A DNA stretch of 61,515 nt, filler included. It is 4 parts of 4 records of this genome, joined end to end, with 100 filler letters (N's around TTAATTAATTAA, not from the genome) between each part and the next. Parts side by side here need not be neighbours in the genome. Positions count along the whole stretch, not along the records: positions 1 to 28,744 come from DRR723986_8405; positions 28,845 to 39,417 come from DRR723986_8407; 2 more parts are not named here. One strand, 5' to 3'. Below are positions 19,790 to 30,253 of the stretch, in pieces. A program made the translations under genes and the position numbers. Every line of letters begins with the position of its first letter. Position 1 is the first letter of the stretch. The notes beneath the pieces were generated by a model. That model searched no databases. It was given only the letters and a program-made list of their open reading frames with translations, and was not told where the DNA came from.

Positions 19790-21841
19790 ATGCGAACTGG
19801 CACCGGTATCGCCCTCGCCCTGCTCACGCTTCTCTCCCCCGGAACACGATCGCAGCAGCTTGATGAGGTGCTGGTTACCGCAACCCGCGCAGAACAGAGC
19901 GGGCGCTACCTGCCGCTGACCTGGTCCGCCGTAAACCAGGACGCCATCGACCTGACCGGCCATGTCCATATCAACGAATTGATGCAGCGGGTTCCCGGCG
20001 CCTGGATCAGCCGCGGAAACGGCCAGGAAAGCCTGACCGCACTGCGCTCGCCGGTACTCACCGGCGCCGGCGGCTGTGGCGCTTTTTTCATGGCCTGGGA
20101 CGGGATCAGCCTGCGCGCCCCGGGGTTCTGCAACGTCAACCAGCTGTTTGACGTCAACGCCGAACAGGCCGGCCGCATCGAGGTGATCAAAGGGCCAGCC
20201 ACCGCCCTCTACGGCTCCAATGCCATGCACGGCGTCATCAACGTTCTCAGCGCTGCGCCGACCGAGGCGATGGACCAGCAGCTGTCCCTTGAGGCCGGTC
20301 CCTTCGATTACTATCGCGGCAAATACCACTACCGCAACACCTACGGCCGCCACGGGATCAGTTTCAGCGTCAATGGCACCACCGATGGCGGCTACAAAGA
20401 CAGTTCAGGCTACGACCAGCAGAAGTTCACCTTGCGCCACGATTACAGCGGCTCGACCTGGGATATCACTTCAGCTATCGAGGCCAGCAACCTGAACCAG
20501 GAAACAGCGGGTTTTATCGAGGGCTACAAGGCCTACGAGGACGAAGATCTCAAGGACAGCAATCCCAACCCGGAAGCCTATCGTGATGCCTGGTCCATGC
20601 GCCTTTACAGCAGCTTCAGCCGCGACCTGGATGAGCAGAACAGACTCACTATCACGCCTTACCTGCGCGACAACGAAATGACCTTCCTCCAGCATTTCCT
20701 GCCCTGGAAGGCGACCGAAGAGAACGGCCATTCCAGCATCGGCGTTCGGGCCAGCGTCCACACGGTTAACGGCAACTGGCGCTGGGTCAACGGTCTCGAC
20801 CTGGAGCTGACTGACGGCTGGCTCAAGGAAATCCAGGATCAGCCATTCAGCCCCAACCAACCCGCCGGCGTGCACTACGACTATCAGGTAGACGCCCTGT
20901 CGGGGGCAGCCTACAGCCAGCTCGACTACCAGTTCAGCGAGCGCTGGTCGGCGATGGCCGGAGCACGCCTCGAGTACACCGACTACGATTACGACAACCG
21001 CACCGGCGATGGCTCCGCCTGCGAGCCCGATGCCAGCGCCTGTCGCTTTTTCCGACCGGCAGATCGCAGCGACAGTTTTACCGACTGGTCACTGAACCTC
21101 GGAACCACCTACGCCTATCGCGAGAACCACCTGAGTTACCTGCGCCTGGCCAGCGGCTTCCGGGCACCACAAACAGCCGAGCTGTATCGCTTGCAGGCGG
21201 GCCAGGAAGTTGCCGACCTCGAATCGGAAGAAATGCGAAATATCGAATGGGGCTTGCGGGGGCTGGCCGGCACCGCGCTGCAGTACGATTTCGCGCTGTT
21301 CTACATGGAAAAAGACGAAGTCATTTTCCAGGACGCCGACCGGCAGAACGTGAGCGGTGCCAGTACCGAGCACTATGGGGCAGAGCTCGCCCTGGACTAC
21401 CGCTTCAATGAGGGCTGGTACGCGGGCCTGGACCTTACCGCCGCACGCCATCGCTATGCCAGCCGCACGGAACTGCTGGGTTCCAGCGGCGACATAGAGG
21501 GCAATGATATCGACACCGCGCCGCGCCTGTTTGGCAGCGCTCGCCTGGGCTGGGATGCGGCGAGCTCAGGCTGGCCAGTGCGCACCGAGCTGGAATGGGT
21601 ATACATGGACGAGTATTACCTGGAGCCCGACAATCAGCACCGCTACGATGGCCACTCGCTGCTCAACCTGCGCGTCAGTGGCGAGCTGGGTGATCGCTGG
21701 CGCGGCACCTTGCGAATAAGCAACCTGCTGGACGAGGATTACGCGGAACGCGCTGATTTCGGTTTCGGTCAATACCGCTACTTCGTTGGCCAACCGTTGG
21801 GAGCCTACCTTGAGCTCAGTTACCGGATGGGTGGCAGCTGA
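19790..21841 (+). CDS. TonB-dependent receptor
   Basis: Signal peptide, TonB box DEVLVTATR, IEVIKGPATALYGSNAMHGVIN, C-terminal NLLDEDY. Confidence 0.92.
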   Translation: MRTGTGIALALLTLLSPGTRSQQLDEVLVTATRAEQSGRYLPLTWSAVNQDAIDLTGHVHINELMQRVPGAWISRGNGQESLTALRSPVLTGAGGCGAFFMAWDGISLRAPGFCNVNQLFDVNAEQAGRIEVIKGPATALYGSNAMHGVINVLSAAPTEAMDQQLSLEAGPFDYYRGKYHYRNTYGRHGISFSVNGTTDGGYKDSSGYDQQKFTLRHDYSGSTWDITSAIEASNLNQETAGFIEGYKAYEDEDLKDSNPNPEAYRDAWSMRLYSSFSRDLDEQNRLTITPYLRDNEMTFLQHFLPWKATEENGHSSIGVRASVHTVNGNWRWVNGLDLELTDGWLKEIQDQPFSPNQPAGVHYDYQVDALSGAAYSQLDYQFSERWSAMAGARLEYTDYDYDNRTGDGSACEPDASACRFFRPADRSDSFTDWSLNLGTTYAYRENHLSYLRLASGFRAPQTAELYRLQAGQEVADLESEEMRNIEWGLRGLAGTALQYDFALFYMEKDEVIFQDADRQNVSGASTEHYGAELALDYRFNEGWYAGLDLTAARHRYASRTELLGSSGDIEGNDIDTAPRLFGSARLGWDAASSGWPVRTELEWVYMDEYYLEPDNQHRYDGHSLLNLRVSGELGDRWRGTLRISNLLDEDYAERADFGFGQYRYFVGQPLGAYLELSYRMGGS

Positions 21842-21871
21842 GCAGGCCTCTCGGAATGCCCGAAGCGGCGC

Positions 21872-22879
21872 TCAGGCCATGGGTGAGATACCGACCGCGT
21901 CCCTGACCTTGTCCATCAGGGGCACGCTGTGCTCTCGCGCCCGCTCGGCTCCCTGGCGCAACACTGACTCAATATGTGCCGGATCAGCCATCAATTCGTC
22001 ATAACGCGCCCGCGCAGGCGCCAGCTCACTGTTGACCAGTTCGAACAGCTGCTTCTTGGCCTCGCCCCAGGCGATTCCCTCAGCAAAGGCCTTGCGCATA
22101 CGCGCTGTTTCCGCCTGGTCGGCAAACGCCGCCCAAACCTGGAATACCGTTGAGTCATCCGGGTCCTTCGGCTCACCTGGCTCGAGCAGGTTTGTCTTGA
22201 TCCGGTTAATCGACTTACGCAGCTGTTTCTCGGTCTGGAACAGCGCAATCGTGTTGTTATAGCTCTTGCTCATCTTGCGCCCATCCAGGCCCTGGAGGAC
22301 GGCAACATTGTCATCGACGACCGCCCGCGGCAAGGTGAATACCTCGGCGAAGTTGTGGTTGAAGCGCTGAGCGATGTCCCGCGCCATCTCCACGTGCTGG
22401 ATCTGGTCCTTGCCTACCGGAATATCCTCGGCATTGAACAGCAGGATATCCGCGGCCATCAGCACCGGATAGCTGAACAGGCCCATGGTGATGCCGTAGT
22501 CAGGGTCCTCACCGGCGTCTTCATTGGCCTGCACCGCCGCTTTGTAGGCATGCGCCCGGTTCATCAGCCCCTTGGCCGCATTGCAGGAGAGAATCCAGGT
22601 GAGTTCGGTAATCTCCGGTATGTCGGACTGGCGGTAGAACACCGCCTTTTCCGTATCCAGCCCCAGAGCCAGCCAGGTAGCGGCGATTTCGCGGCTGGAC
22701 TGGCGCACCTGCTGCGGGTCCTGACACTTGATCAGCGCATGGTAATCGGCAAGAAACAGGAAAGAATCCACCCTGGGGTCGCGCGAGGCCGCAATCGCCG
22801 GCCGGATAGCCCCGACGTAGTTACCGAGGTGTGGAGTGCCGGTCGTGGTGATACCGGTCAGGACGCGCTGGTTTGCCAT
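21872..22879 (-). CDS. trpS: Tryptophan--tRNA ligase
   Basis: HLGNY (HIGH), GKDQIQH, KMSKS. Confidence 0.96.
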   Translation of the reverse strand: MANQRVLTGITTTGTPHLGNYVGAIRPAIAASRDPRVDSFLFLADYHALIKCQDPQQVRQSSREIAATWLALGLDTEKAVFYRQSDIPEITELTWILSCNAAKGLMNRAHAYKAAVQANEDAGEDPDYGITMGLFSYPVLMAADILLFNAEDIPVGKDQIQHVEMARDIAQRFNHNFAEVFTLPRAVVDDNVAVLQGLDGRKMSKSYNNTIALFQTEKQLRKSINRIKTNLLEPGEPKDPDDSTVFQVWAAFADQAETARMRKAFAEGIAWGEAKKQLFELVNSELAPARARYDELMADPAHIESVLRQGAERAREHSVPLMDKVRDAVGISPMA

Positions 22880-22966
22880 GGGTTCTGGGCTTCCGGAAAA
22901 GGCGACAATGATACTGGTAATAGGACAGGCAGGCTATCCCGGGCAGCTGCACCGAGGTGCCTGCCC

Positions 22967-24097
22967 TCAGGCGGCCGGGGCGAGCAGCTGCAGTAATTCC
23001 TGTCGATAGGCCGGTGCCAGGGCGTCGATGCTATAGCCAGTCACATCGGGCGCCGAGACTCCGCCCCCGGCGATCCCCAGGGCCAGACGGCGAATACCCG
23101 CCAGCGCTGATCGGGCCTCACTGGCCGGCGACCCGGGATCCGAGGCATAGAGGAACTCGGGGGCGAACAACTCCGGATAGGCCAGCCGGGAAGGCATCAG
23201 CGGCACGCAGCCCTGCTGTACCGCTTCCAGGACTGCCAGGCCCTGGAACTCGTGCAGGGAGGTGCCGAGCACAATATCCGCCTGCGCCAGCAGGGCCAGG
23301 TAATCGCCCCTGTCCGGCAAGTAACCAAACTGCACCAGCCGGGTGGCAAACTCCCGCTCGATACGCGCAAACGCCTGTGGTGAATCGCGAAAGCGCTGAC
23401 CGACGACCGCCAACCGGTAATCGATTCCCTCAGCCTCAAGCAGTCGCAGCACCGCAAGCAGGCCATCACCGCCCCTGTCGTACTCGAAGCGGCCGGTCCA
23501 CAGCAGTCGCAGCGGCCGCTGCGGGTACGGGCCAGCACCGGGGAAAGCCCCTGTAGGCTGGTTGGCAGTACCCTTGGCCTGAAACAGCGGAACCGGCAGC
23601 ACGGCAGCACGGGATTGCAGAGAGGCAACCACACCGGGCGGCACATGGTCAGGCAGCCGGTCCAGCAACTCGCTCAATCCGGCAAAAAACGAGTCGTGGT
23701 TGTAGCGCGAATTGAACAGCAGGCGATCCGCCGCCAACGCACTGTAGAGACTCACCATCTGCGCTTCCAATAGCGACGACTGTCGGTCGTTAACCGGATA
23801 GGCAAATTGATTTTCATGAAAATAGAGCGCGGCGGGAACGGCGCCAAGTGACGGCACCAGCCCGCGCAGGGTCGCCAGGTCTACCATCGAGGTGGCCAGG
23901 AGCAGGTCGTAGTCGCCCTCGAGCACGTCCCGCTCCGCTACGGCCCAGGACAGCGGGTTGCCCCGGACCCGCCAACTGAAATGGCGCGGCGGGAGTTCCA
24001 GCACCTGCCACTGCCACTCGGGGAACATGGCGAGCAAGCTCTCACGCCAGTGCACATGACTGCCCGCAGCATAGGCCGACAGAAGCAGCACCCGCAT
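22967..24097 (-). CDS. DUF3524 + GT-B glycosyltransferase (GTDC1/QTMAN-like)
   Basis: GSH, LPPRHFSWRVRG, YFHENQFAYP, FNSRYN, HEFQGLAVLEAV, RLAYPEL motifs. Confidence 0.85.
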   Translation of the reverse strand: MRVLLLSAYAAGSHVHWRESLLAMFPEWQWQVLELPPRHFSWRVRGNPLSWAVAERDVLEGDYDLLLATSMVDLATLRGLVPSLGAVPAALYFHENQFAYPVNDRQSSLLEAQMVSLYSALAADRLLFNSRYNHDSFFAGLSELLDRLPDHVPPGVVASLQSRAAVLPVPLFQAKGTANQPTGAFPGAGPYPQRPLRLLWTGRFEYDRGGDGLLAVLRLLEAEGIDYRLAVVGQRFRDSPQAFARIEREFATRLVQFGYLPDRGDYLALLAQADIVLGTSLHEFQGLAVLEAVQQGCVPLMPSRLAYPELFAPEFLYASDPGSPASEARSALAGIRRLALGIAGGGVSAPDVTGYSIDALAPAYRQELLQLLAPAA

Positions 24098-24099
24098 GG

Positions 24100-25422
24100 T
24101 CAGTTGGCGGTCAACTGCCCGGAGTAGGTAAAGAAGCGGCGCAACACCCGGGCTAGGCCGAATGCATCCTCGCTGCCAGCGAGTTCGCGTATAGAGTGCA
24201 TGGCAAACGTGGGCACGCCGATATCCAGGGTGCGTACACCTGTGCCTCCCGCAGTAATTGGACCGATCGTACTGCCACAGGCCATATCGGTGCGCACCAC
24301 GAAGGACTGCACAGCGACGCCCTCCTCTGCTGCCAGCATCCGGTAGAGGCCGGCCGTTTCGCTATTGGTGGCGTAGCGCTGATTGGCATTGGCCTTGATT
24401 ACCGGGCCAGCGTTGAGCCTGGGACCGTGGTTGTCATCGTGGCGGTCGGCATAGTTCGGATGAATGCCGTGGGCGTTATCGGCGGATATCATCATCGAGC
24501 GCTCGACCAGGCGCGCATACGCGTCCTCGCTGCCCGCAATGCGACGCAGGGTTGCACTGAGCATCGGCCCCTGGGCACCCGCAGTAGACAGGCTTCCCAC
24601 TTCCTCGTGGTCATTGCAGACCAGCAAGGCGGACTGTGCGCCATCGCTGGCAAGCAGGGCCTGAAGGCCGGTATGGCAACTGAGCAGGTTATCGAGCCGA
24701 GCCGAGGCAATAAATTCCCCCTTGAGCCCGATCACTGCAGGCGGCTGCGAGTCATAAAACCCCAGCTCATAGTCGAGCACCTTGTCTATTTCACTACCCG
24801 GGTGTTCCTGTAGCAGCCTCGTGCGTAACAAGTCCCGGAAGTTCGGCTGCTCCTCATCGGCAACCAGGCTGAGCAGCGGCAGGATATCGGTTTGCGGGTT
24901 GATCCTGCGGCTATTGTTCACTTCGCGATCGAGGTGGATTGCCAGGCTGGGAATCACCGCGATAGGGTCACGAAAATCAATCAAAGCCGTACGCAACTGA
25001 CCGTCAGTGCTGCGATAGCTGACCCGGCCGGCCAGTGACAGATCCCGGTCATACCAGGGGTTGAGCAGCACACCGCCATACACCTCGACCCCGAGCTGGT
25101 AATAGCCATGGCGGGTCTTCTCCGGTGCGGGCTTGACCATCAGGTTGGGGCTGTCGGTGTGAGCACCCACCATGCGCATCCCGTCGACCGGAGCGCCGTC
25201 GCTGCCATACACAAATGCGATGAGCGAGCTGCCGTTGCGAGTCAGGTAGTACTTGCCGCCGGCGTGCAGGTTCCAGCTTGCAGACTCGCTGAGTTCAACA
25301 AAGCCGGCGTCACGCAGTCTGGCAACCATGGTTGCCACCGCGTGGAACGGGCTGGTGGCCCGGGCAAGGAACTGGCACAGCCCCTGGTTGAATTCCCCAC
25401 TCGTAGCGGCAAGTTCGATCAT
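24100..25422 (-). CDS. apeB: M18 family (aspartyl) aminopeptidase
   Basis: GAHTDSP, RLDNL, DHEEVGS, SADNAH, CGSTIGP, MHSIRE. Confidence 0.92.
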   Translation of the reverse strand: MIELAATSGEFNQGLCQFLARATSPFHAVATMVARLRDAGFVELSESASWNLHAGGKYYLTRNGSSLIAFVYGSDGAPVDGMRMVGAHTDSPNLMVKPAPEKTRHGYYQLGVEVYGGVLLNPWYDRDLSLAGRVSYRSTDGQLRTALIDFRDPIAVIPSLAIHLDREVNNSRRINPQTDILPLLSLVADEEQPNFRDLLRTRLLQEHPGSEIDKVLDYELGFYDSQPPAVIGLKGEFIASARLDNLLSCHTGLQALLASDGAQSALLVCNDHEEVGSLSTAGAQGPMLSATLRRIAGSEDAYARLVERSMMISADNAHGIHPNYADRHDDNHGPRLNAGPVIKANANQRYATNSETAGLYRMLAAEEGVAVQSFVVRTDMACGSTIGPITAGGTGVRTLDIGVPTFAMHSIRELAGSEDAFGLARVLRRFFTYSGQLTAN

Positions 25423-26309
25423 TTATCCAATTCCTCATCGTGTGCCTGCAGGCGGGCGAACAGGCTGGACGTATCCCAGCGCCCACCACCAAGCGACTGC
25501 ACCTCGGCATAGAAACTATCTACCAGTCGGGTCACTGGCAGCGTCAGCTCCATGCCCTCGGCCTCTTCCAGTACCATGCCCAGGTCCTTGCGCATCCAGT
25601 CCACAGCGAATCCGTGGTCATAGTGCCCGGCGAGCATGGTCTGGTAGCGATTCTCCATCTGCCAGGACTGGGCGGCGCCTTGCGAGATAACCTCAACCAC
25701 CGCCGCGGTATCCAGCCCCGCTTTCTCTGAGAACTGAAGTCCCTCTGCCAACCCCTGTACCACACCGGCGATACATATCTGGTTGACCATCTTCGCCAGC
25801 TGGCCACTACCCGCGGGACCCAGTAAGCGGACGCAGCGTGCATAGGCGTTAAGTACCGGCTCTACACGGGTGAAGGCGTCTTGCTCTCCCCCTACCATGA
25901 TCGTCAGTGCACCGTTTTCTGCTCCCGCCTGGCCGCCGGAAACCGGCGCATCGAGAAAGCCATGACCACTGTTACGGGCAAGCTCCTCCAGTTCGCGCGC
26001 AAGCCTGGCGGAAGCCGTGGTGTGATCGACCACCACGCCTCCGGGCGCCAGCCCCGCAAAAACGCCATCGGGCCCGAGCAGCACGCTGCGCACGTCATCA
26101 TCGTTGCCGACACAGCTGAACACCAGCTCAGCGCCCGCGGCAGACCCCGCGGGACTCGCCGCTGCACGGCCACCGTAAGTTTCGACCCAGTCGACCGCCC
26201 GGCTGTCGGTACGATTGAACACCGTGACATCGTGACCTGCGCGCTGCAGGTGCCCCGCCATCGGGTAACCCATCACGCCCAGTCCGACAAAACCAATTTT
26301 CATCTGCAC
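25419..26309 (-). CDS. NAD(P)-dependent oxidoreductase, 3-hydroxyisobutyrate dehydrogenase family
   Basis: [24 protein letters not shown]. Confidence 0.9.
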   Translation of the reverse strand: MQMKIGFVGLGVMGYPMAGHLQRAGHDVTVFNRTDSRAVDWVETYGGRAAASPAGSAAGAELVFSCVGNDDDVRSVLLGPDGVFAGLAPGGVVVDHTTASARLARELEELARNSGHGFLDAPVSGGQAGAENGALTIMVGGEQDAFTRVEPVLNAYARCVRLLGPAGSGQLAKMVNQICIAGVVQGLAEGLQFSEKAGLDTAAVVEVISQGAAQSWQMENRYQTMLAGHYDHGFAVDWMRKDLGMVLEEAEGMELTLPVTRLVDSFYAEVQSLGGGRWDTSSLFARLQAHDEELDK

Positions 26310-26393
26310 CTCAATTGTTCTTCCCCGCAGCGAGGCGCGGGAGGAGCAAGGTTAGAGGGCGCAATCAGCTGGCGCAAGTCGACCGCCACCTCG

Positions 26394-27197
26394 TCAGTAT
26401 AAAAACAGAGCAAACAGTACCGCAGCGAGAACCAGGCGGTAGTAGACAAACGGCATCAGGCCGATACGGTCCAGCAGACGCAGGAAAGCGGCAATACAAA
26501 GGTAGGCCGTGAGCCCGGAGATCGTAGCCCCCAGGGCGAGAATACCCCAGTCCACCGGAACCGCCTGACCGAGCAGTTCGACAGACTTCAGGGTACCGGC
26601 ACCTGCGATAACCGGGATCGACAGCAGGAACGAGAAGCGAGCCGCAGACTGGCGATCAACACCCAGCAACAGCGCCGCTGTTATGGTTACCCCCGAGCGG
26701 GAGACACCCGGCACCGGCGCGATTGCCTGTGCCAGGCCAATGATAATCGCTATGGGCAAGGTTATCCGCTGAAACTCCTGGCGGCCCGCCGCCTGCCGGT
26801 CGGCATAACCCAGCAGCAAGCCGAAAACCGCCGTGGTGGTCGCGATGACCGGCAGGTTGCGGAGCGTGGTCTCGATGAAGCTACCGCCGGCAAAACCCAC
26901 GACTGCTACCGGCACGCTCGCACAGGCCAGAAACAGGACCATGCTGCTCTCGGCATTGGTCTCCCGATAGCGCACGGCATGCAGGCAGCCCCCGGCGAGC
27001 ACCCACAGGTCGCGCCGATAGTAAGCCAGTACCGCGAACAGCGTCCCCACATGGACGGCAACATCAAACGCCAATCCCTGGTCGGGCCATCCAAATACAA
27101 GAGAGGGAATCACCAGGTGCGCCGAACTGGAGATCGGCAGGAATTCGGTCAGGCCCTGAAGTGCGGCCAGCAGGACCGCCTGTAAGCTATCGATCAT
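26394..27197 (-). CDS. uppP: Undecaprenyl-diphosphate phosphatase
   Basis: QGLTEFLPISSSAH, PGVSRSG, ARFSFLLSIP. Confidence 0.95.
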   Translation of the reverse strand: MIDSLQAVLLAALQGLTEFLPISSSAHLVIPSLVFGWPDQGLAFDVAVHVGTLFAVLAYYRRDLWVLAGGCLHAVRYRETNAESSMVLFLACASVPVAVVGFAGGSFIETTLRNLPVIATTTAVFGLLLGYADRQAAGRQEFQRITLPIAIIIGLAQAIAPVPGVSRSGVTITAALLLGVDRQSAARFSFLLSIPVIAGAGTLKSVELLGQAVPVDWGILALGATISGLTAYLCIAAFLRLLDRIGLMPFVYYRLVLAAVLFALFLY

Positions 27198-27919
27198 GAG
27201 CGCTTGCCCTGCTCAGCCAGTTTTTTCCAGCCAATTGTCTCCTGCACATAGCTCGGCGTAATCTCCAGCGCGCTGTGGGCAAGACCGTCGGCAGCCGCGA
27301 TTTCCGCCAGCGAGACCAGGTCGCGGGCCTCGGGCAGAATACCTGCCGCGCCTGTCGAAATCCGGGGCGCCAGTGCACCGGGAAAGCGCGCCAGATATGC
27401 CAAACCATCACCGGCGGCAAGCAGTGGACGCCCCGCTACCAGCGCCAGGATCTCATCTGCGGGCAATAGCTCCGGCTGACAAACCGATGGGCCCGTCAAC
27501 TCGCACGGGAGACCGTCGCAAATCTCGAACAAGGCCCAGTAGCATTCGTCGATGCGCGCATCGATAACACTGAGCAGGCAATCCCCCTCGGCTACAAGAC
27601 CCTGCCGCACGGCGGTCAGCGCCTGGCAGGCCAGGGTCGAAATACCAACCGCCGGCAGGTCGGCAGCAAATGCCATGCCCTGAGCTGCACTGGACGCGAT
27701 ACGTAGCCCGGTGAAAGAACCCGGACCGGCACCGAACGCGATCAATTCGATGCCGGCGGCCCGGAGATCGCCACCGGGTACCAGTTCCTCCAGCATTCCG
27801 AGCAAGCGCTTGCTGTGCTGGCGCGGCACCAACTCATGGAGCTGGCGGACCTCGCCGGCGACAGACAGCGCCACCGAGCAGGCATCTGTTGCTGTGTCGA
27901 TTGCGAGGATATTGGTCAT
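27194..27919 (-). CDS. tsaB: tRNA threonylcarbamoyladenosine biosynthesis protein TsaB
   Basis: ILAIDTAT, GPGSFTGLRI, DAR. Confidence 0.93.
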   Translation of the reverse strand: MTNILAIDTATDACSVALSVAGEVRQLHELVPRQHSKRLLGMLEELVPGGDLRAAGIELIAFGAGPGSFTGLRIASSAAQGMAFAADLPAVGISTLACQALTAVRQGLVAEGDCLLSVIDARIDECYWALFEICDGLPCELTGPSVCQPELLPADEILALVAGRPLLAAGDGLAYLARFPGALAPRISTGAAGILPEARDLVSLAEIAAADGLAHSALEITPSYVQETIGWKKLAEQGKRS

Positions 27920-28049
27920 CGACGACTCCAAGGCCGGGAACGGGAAATCTCTGAGCGCCAGGGCGATTTGTGCTGACGCGGGACTTCTGGAATTATCCCA
28001 CACTTGCTCTGCAGCATGACAGCTGGGAGATCCGTACAGGACCCGAGGA

Positions 28050-28649
28050 ATGACCGTAGACGATCCAACACGCCAACAGATCGCGGGGCTGATTCTCGCC
28101 GGCGGGAGGGGACGGCGTTACGGCGGCAGGGACAAGGGGCTGGCCCTGTGGCAAGGGCGCGCCCTGATACAACACACCATTGACCGCCTGGCACCACAGG
28201 TAACGAGCCTGGCAATCAGCTGCAATCGCAACCGTGAGGCCTACGCCCGCCTCGCAGCCAGCGTAGTGACGGATAAACGGGGCGGCTTCCAGGGTCCGCT
28301 GGCGGGTATTGAGAGCTACGCGCCACTGCTCAAAGGGGACTACCTCGCGGTGGTACCTTGCGATACCCCATTGCTGCCGCAGGATATGGTTTCTCGCCTG
28401 CTGGACGGACTAGGAGAAACAGGCGCCAGGACCGCCGTCGCCTACGCATCCGACGGATCCCGGGAGCACTACCTGTGCGCCCTGATTCGCGCGACTGCCC
28501 TTCCGGGTCTGACGAGTTACCTCGCAAGCGGCCAGCGCTCGGTTCGAGGCTGGTTTGCCTCCATCGAGGCTGTTCCGGTGGACTTTGCTGACCAGCCACA
28601 GGCATTCAAAAACATAAATTCCAAAGAAAAAGACCCCGGGGCGGCATAG
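28050..28649 (+). CDS. mobA: Molybdenum cofactor guanylyltransferase
   Basis: LAGGRGRR..G.DKG, GPLAGI, PCDTP, FKNIN. Confidence 0.92.
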   Translation: MTVDDPTRQQIAGLILAGGRGRRYGGRDKGLALWQGRALIQHTIDRLAPQVTSLAISCNRNREAYARLAASVVTDKRGGFQGPLAGIESYAPLLKGDYLAVVPCDTPLLPQDMVSRLLDGLGETGARTAVAYASDGSREHYLCALIRATALPGLTSYLASGQRSVRGWFASIEAVPVDFADQPQAFKNINSKEKDPGAA

Positions 28650-28663
28650 CCTCCCGGGGTCTT
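28623..28663 (-). terminator. Intrinsic terminator for the minus-strand gene converging on mobA; overlaps the mobA 3' end
   Basis: Stem AAGACCCCGGG...CCCGGGGTCTT followed by a U-rich tract on the minus strand. Confidence 0.75.
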
Positions 28664-28698
28664 ACACTGACCGATCGCGTTACCGCAGCGACGGCGCG

Positions 28699-28744
28699 CT
28701 ATTTCTTCTTGGCGGCTGCCTTTTTCTTCGGCGCAGCTTTTTTC
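28699..28744 (-). CDS. C-terminal fragment of an unidentified protein with a Lys/Ala-rich tail (partial)
   Basis: Reads ...KKAAPKKKAAAKKK-TAG up to the contig edge, followed by a terminator. Confidence 0.6.
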
Positions 28745-28844
28745 NNNNNNNNNNNNNNNNNNNNNNNNNNNNNNNNNNNNNNNNNNNNTTAATTAATTAA
28801 NNNNNNNNNNNNNNNNNNNNNNNNNNNNNNNNNNNNNNNNNNNN
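28745..28844. other. Artificial contig spacer
   Basis: N-run with TTAATTAATTAA at 28789-28800. Confidence 0.99.
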
Positions 28845-29423
28845 GTCGCCGCCCTGACCCGGAATACGCATCTTGAGGCCGACGAGATCGTCGAGGCTGT
28901 TGATCTCCTTGCGGAACCAGCCGCCCATCTGGTGGCCGGAATTGGCCGCCTGGAAGGCTTTCACGCCGAACTGGCCAGACAGTTCGTCCCAGAGTTCCTG
29001 TCCGCCGCCGAAATCGATCCAGCCCATGATTTCCTGCGCCGTCATGCCAAAGGGCACGGCGGTGAAGAAAGGATAGGCGGGGGATTTGGCCGTCCAGTAA
29101 TATTCGGCGCCGTGATACATGTCGGCCGAGCCGTTCGCGACCGCGTCGAAACATTCGAAGGCGGGTACGAGTTCGCCTGCGGCAAAGACCTTCACCTCGA
29201 TCACGCCATCTGTCTCGGCCATGATACGGCGGGCGACACGCTCTGCGGCCTCACCGAGGCCCGGCAGGCCCTTCGGCCAGGTGGTGACCATGTTCAGCTT
29301 GCGCCGGTTGCGGCTGATGGCCGGGGTGCCGGCCAGCGGTGTAGTGCTGGGATTGGCAAAGGCAGCTGCTGCGCCGCCAAGGCCGAGCACGCCCGCGCCA
29401 ACGAGGTTACGTCTGTTGATCAT
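28845..29423 (-). CDS. TRAP transporter substrate-binding protein DctP (TakP-like), Tat signal; 3' truncated
   Basis: NRRNL Tat motif, MVTTWPK, AGELVP, QMGGWFRKEI, GLKMRIPG. Confidence 0.9.
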
Positions 29424-29478
29424 GCGTTTCCTTCCCCATTACCCGTCAGGGCGCCCCGGACCCGGTCTCTCACGGACC

Positions 29479-30237
29479 TTATTCGTCGTCGCGGAGCAGC
29501 CTCCAGCGGTCTCCGTCGAGCACTTCGAGCGGTTTGTAACGGCGCTTGTAATCCATTTTCGGGCTGCCCTTGACCCAATAGCCCAGATACACGTGCGGCA
29601 GGCCGAGGTCCTGCGCGAGCCGGATATGGTCAAGGATCATGAAATGGCCGAGCCCGCGGCCTTCCAGATCCGGGTCGAAGAAAGTGTAGACCATCGAGAA
29701 GCCGTCGCGCAGCACGTCGGTGATCGAACAGGCGACCAGAGGGGCGTCTTCCTCCGGCCCGTCGCGATATTCGAAGATATGGCTTTTCACCGGGCTGCCG
29801 CCGACCATGGCCGCATAGTCGCGATAGGACATTTCCGACATGCCGCCGCCCTCATGGCGGGTCTGCACATAGGATTTCAGCAGGGCGTATTGCTCCCGCG
29901 TCGGTTCAGCGGGGACTTCGCGGCGTATGAGGCCACCATTGCGCTGCATGGCGCGCCGGTCGTTGCGCGACGGGATGAAATCCCGCGTCGGCACACGCAC
30001 ACTACGGCAGGCATTACAGCGCGGGCAGGCCGGCCGGTAGGCGATGGTCTGGCTGCGCCGGAAACCCGACTGGCTGAGCAGATTGTGGACGAGATCTGAT
30101 TCGGTGATCGAGAGATTCGTGAACGCCTTGCGCTCTTTGCGGCCCGGCAGATACGGACAAGGGCTCGGATTCGTTACGTAAAAACGCAACGAACGCTCCA
30201 GACCGGGGGGCAGGATCTTCGAGTCCGTAAATTTCAT
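29479..30237 (-). CDS. bpt: Aspartate/glutamate leucyltransferase (Bpt, ATE-like)
   Basis: PCPYLPG, GFRRSQ, YRPAC..CNAC, YLGYWV..SPKMDYK. Confidence 0.9.
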   Translation of the reverse strand: MKFTDSKILPPGLERSLRFYVTNPSPCPYLPGRKERKAFTNLSITESDLVHNLLSQSGFRRSQTIAYRPACPRCNACRSVRVPTRDFIPSRNDRRAMQRNGGLIRREVPAEPTREQYALLKSYVQTRHEGGGMSEMSYRDYAAMVGGSPVKSHIFEYRDGPEEDAPLVACSITDVLRDGFSMVYTFFDPDLEGRGLGHFMILDHIRLAQDLGLPHVYLGYWVKGSPKMDYKRRYKPLEVLDGDRWRLLRDDE

Positions 30238-30253
30238 GCCTTAGACACTACAC

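Noticed and set aside
26315-26349. Imperfect intergenic hairpin (another lies near 41720-41755)
   Set aside because: Single copies with no U-tract and no repeat family in the window; not enough to call a REP element or ncRNA
28789-28800. TTAATTAATTAA palindrome recurring three times
   Set aside because: Artificial all-frame-stop linker inside N spacers, not a biological repeat
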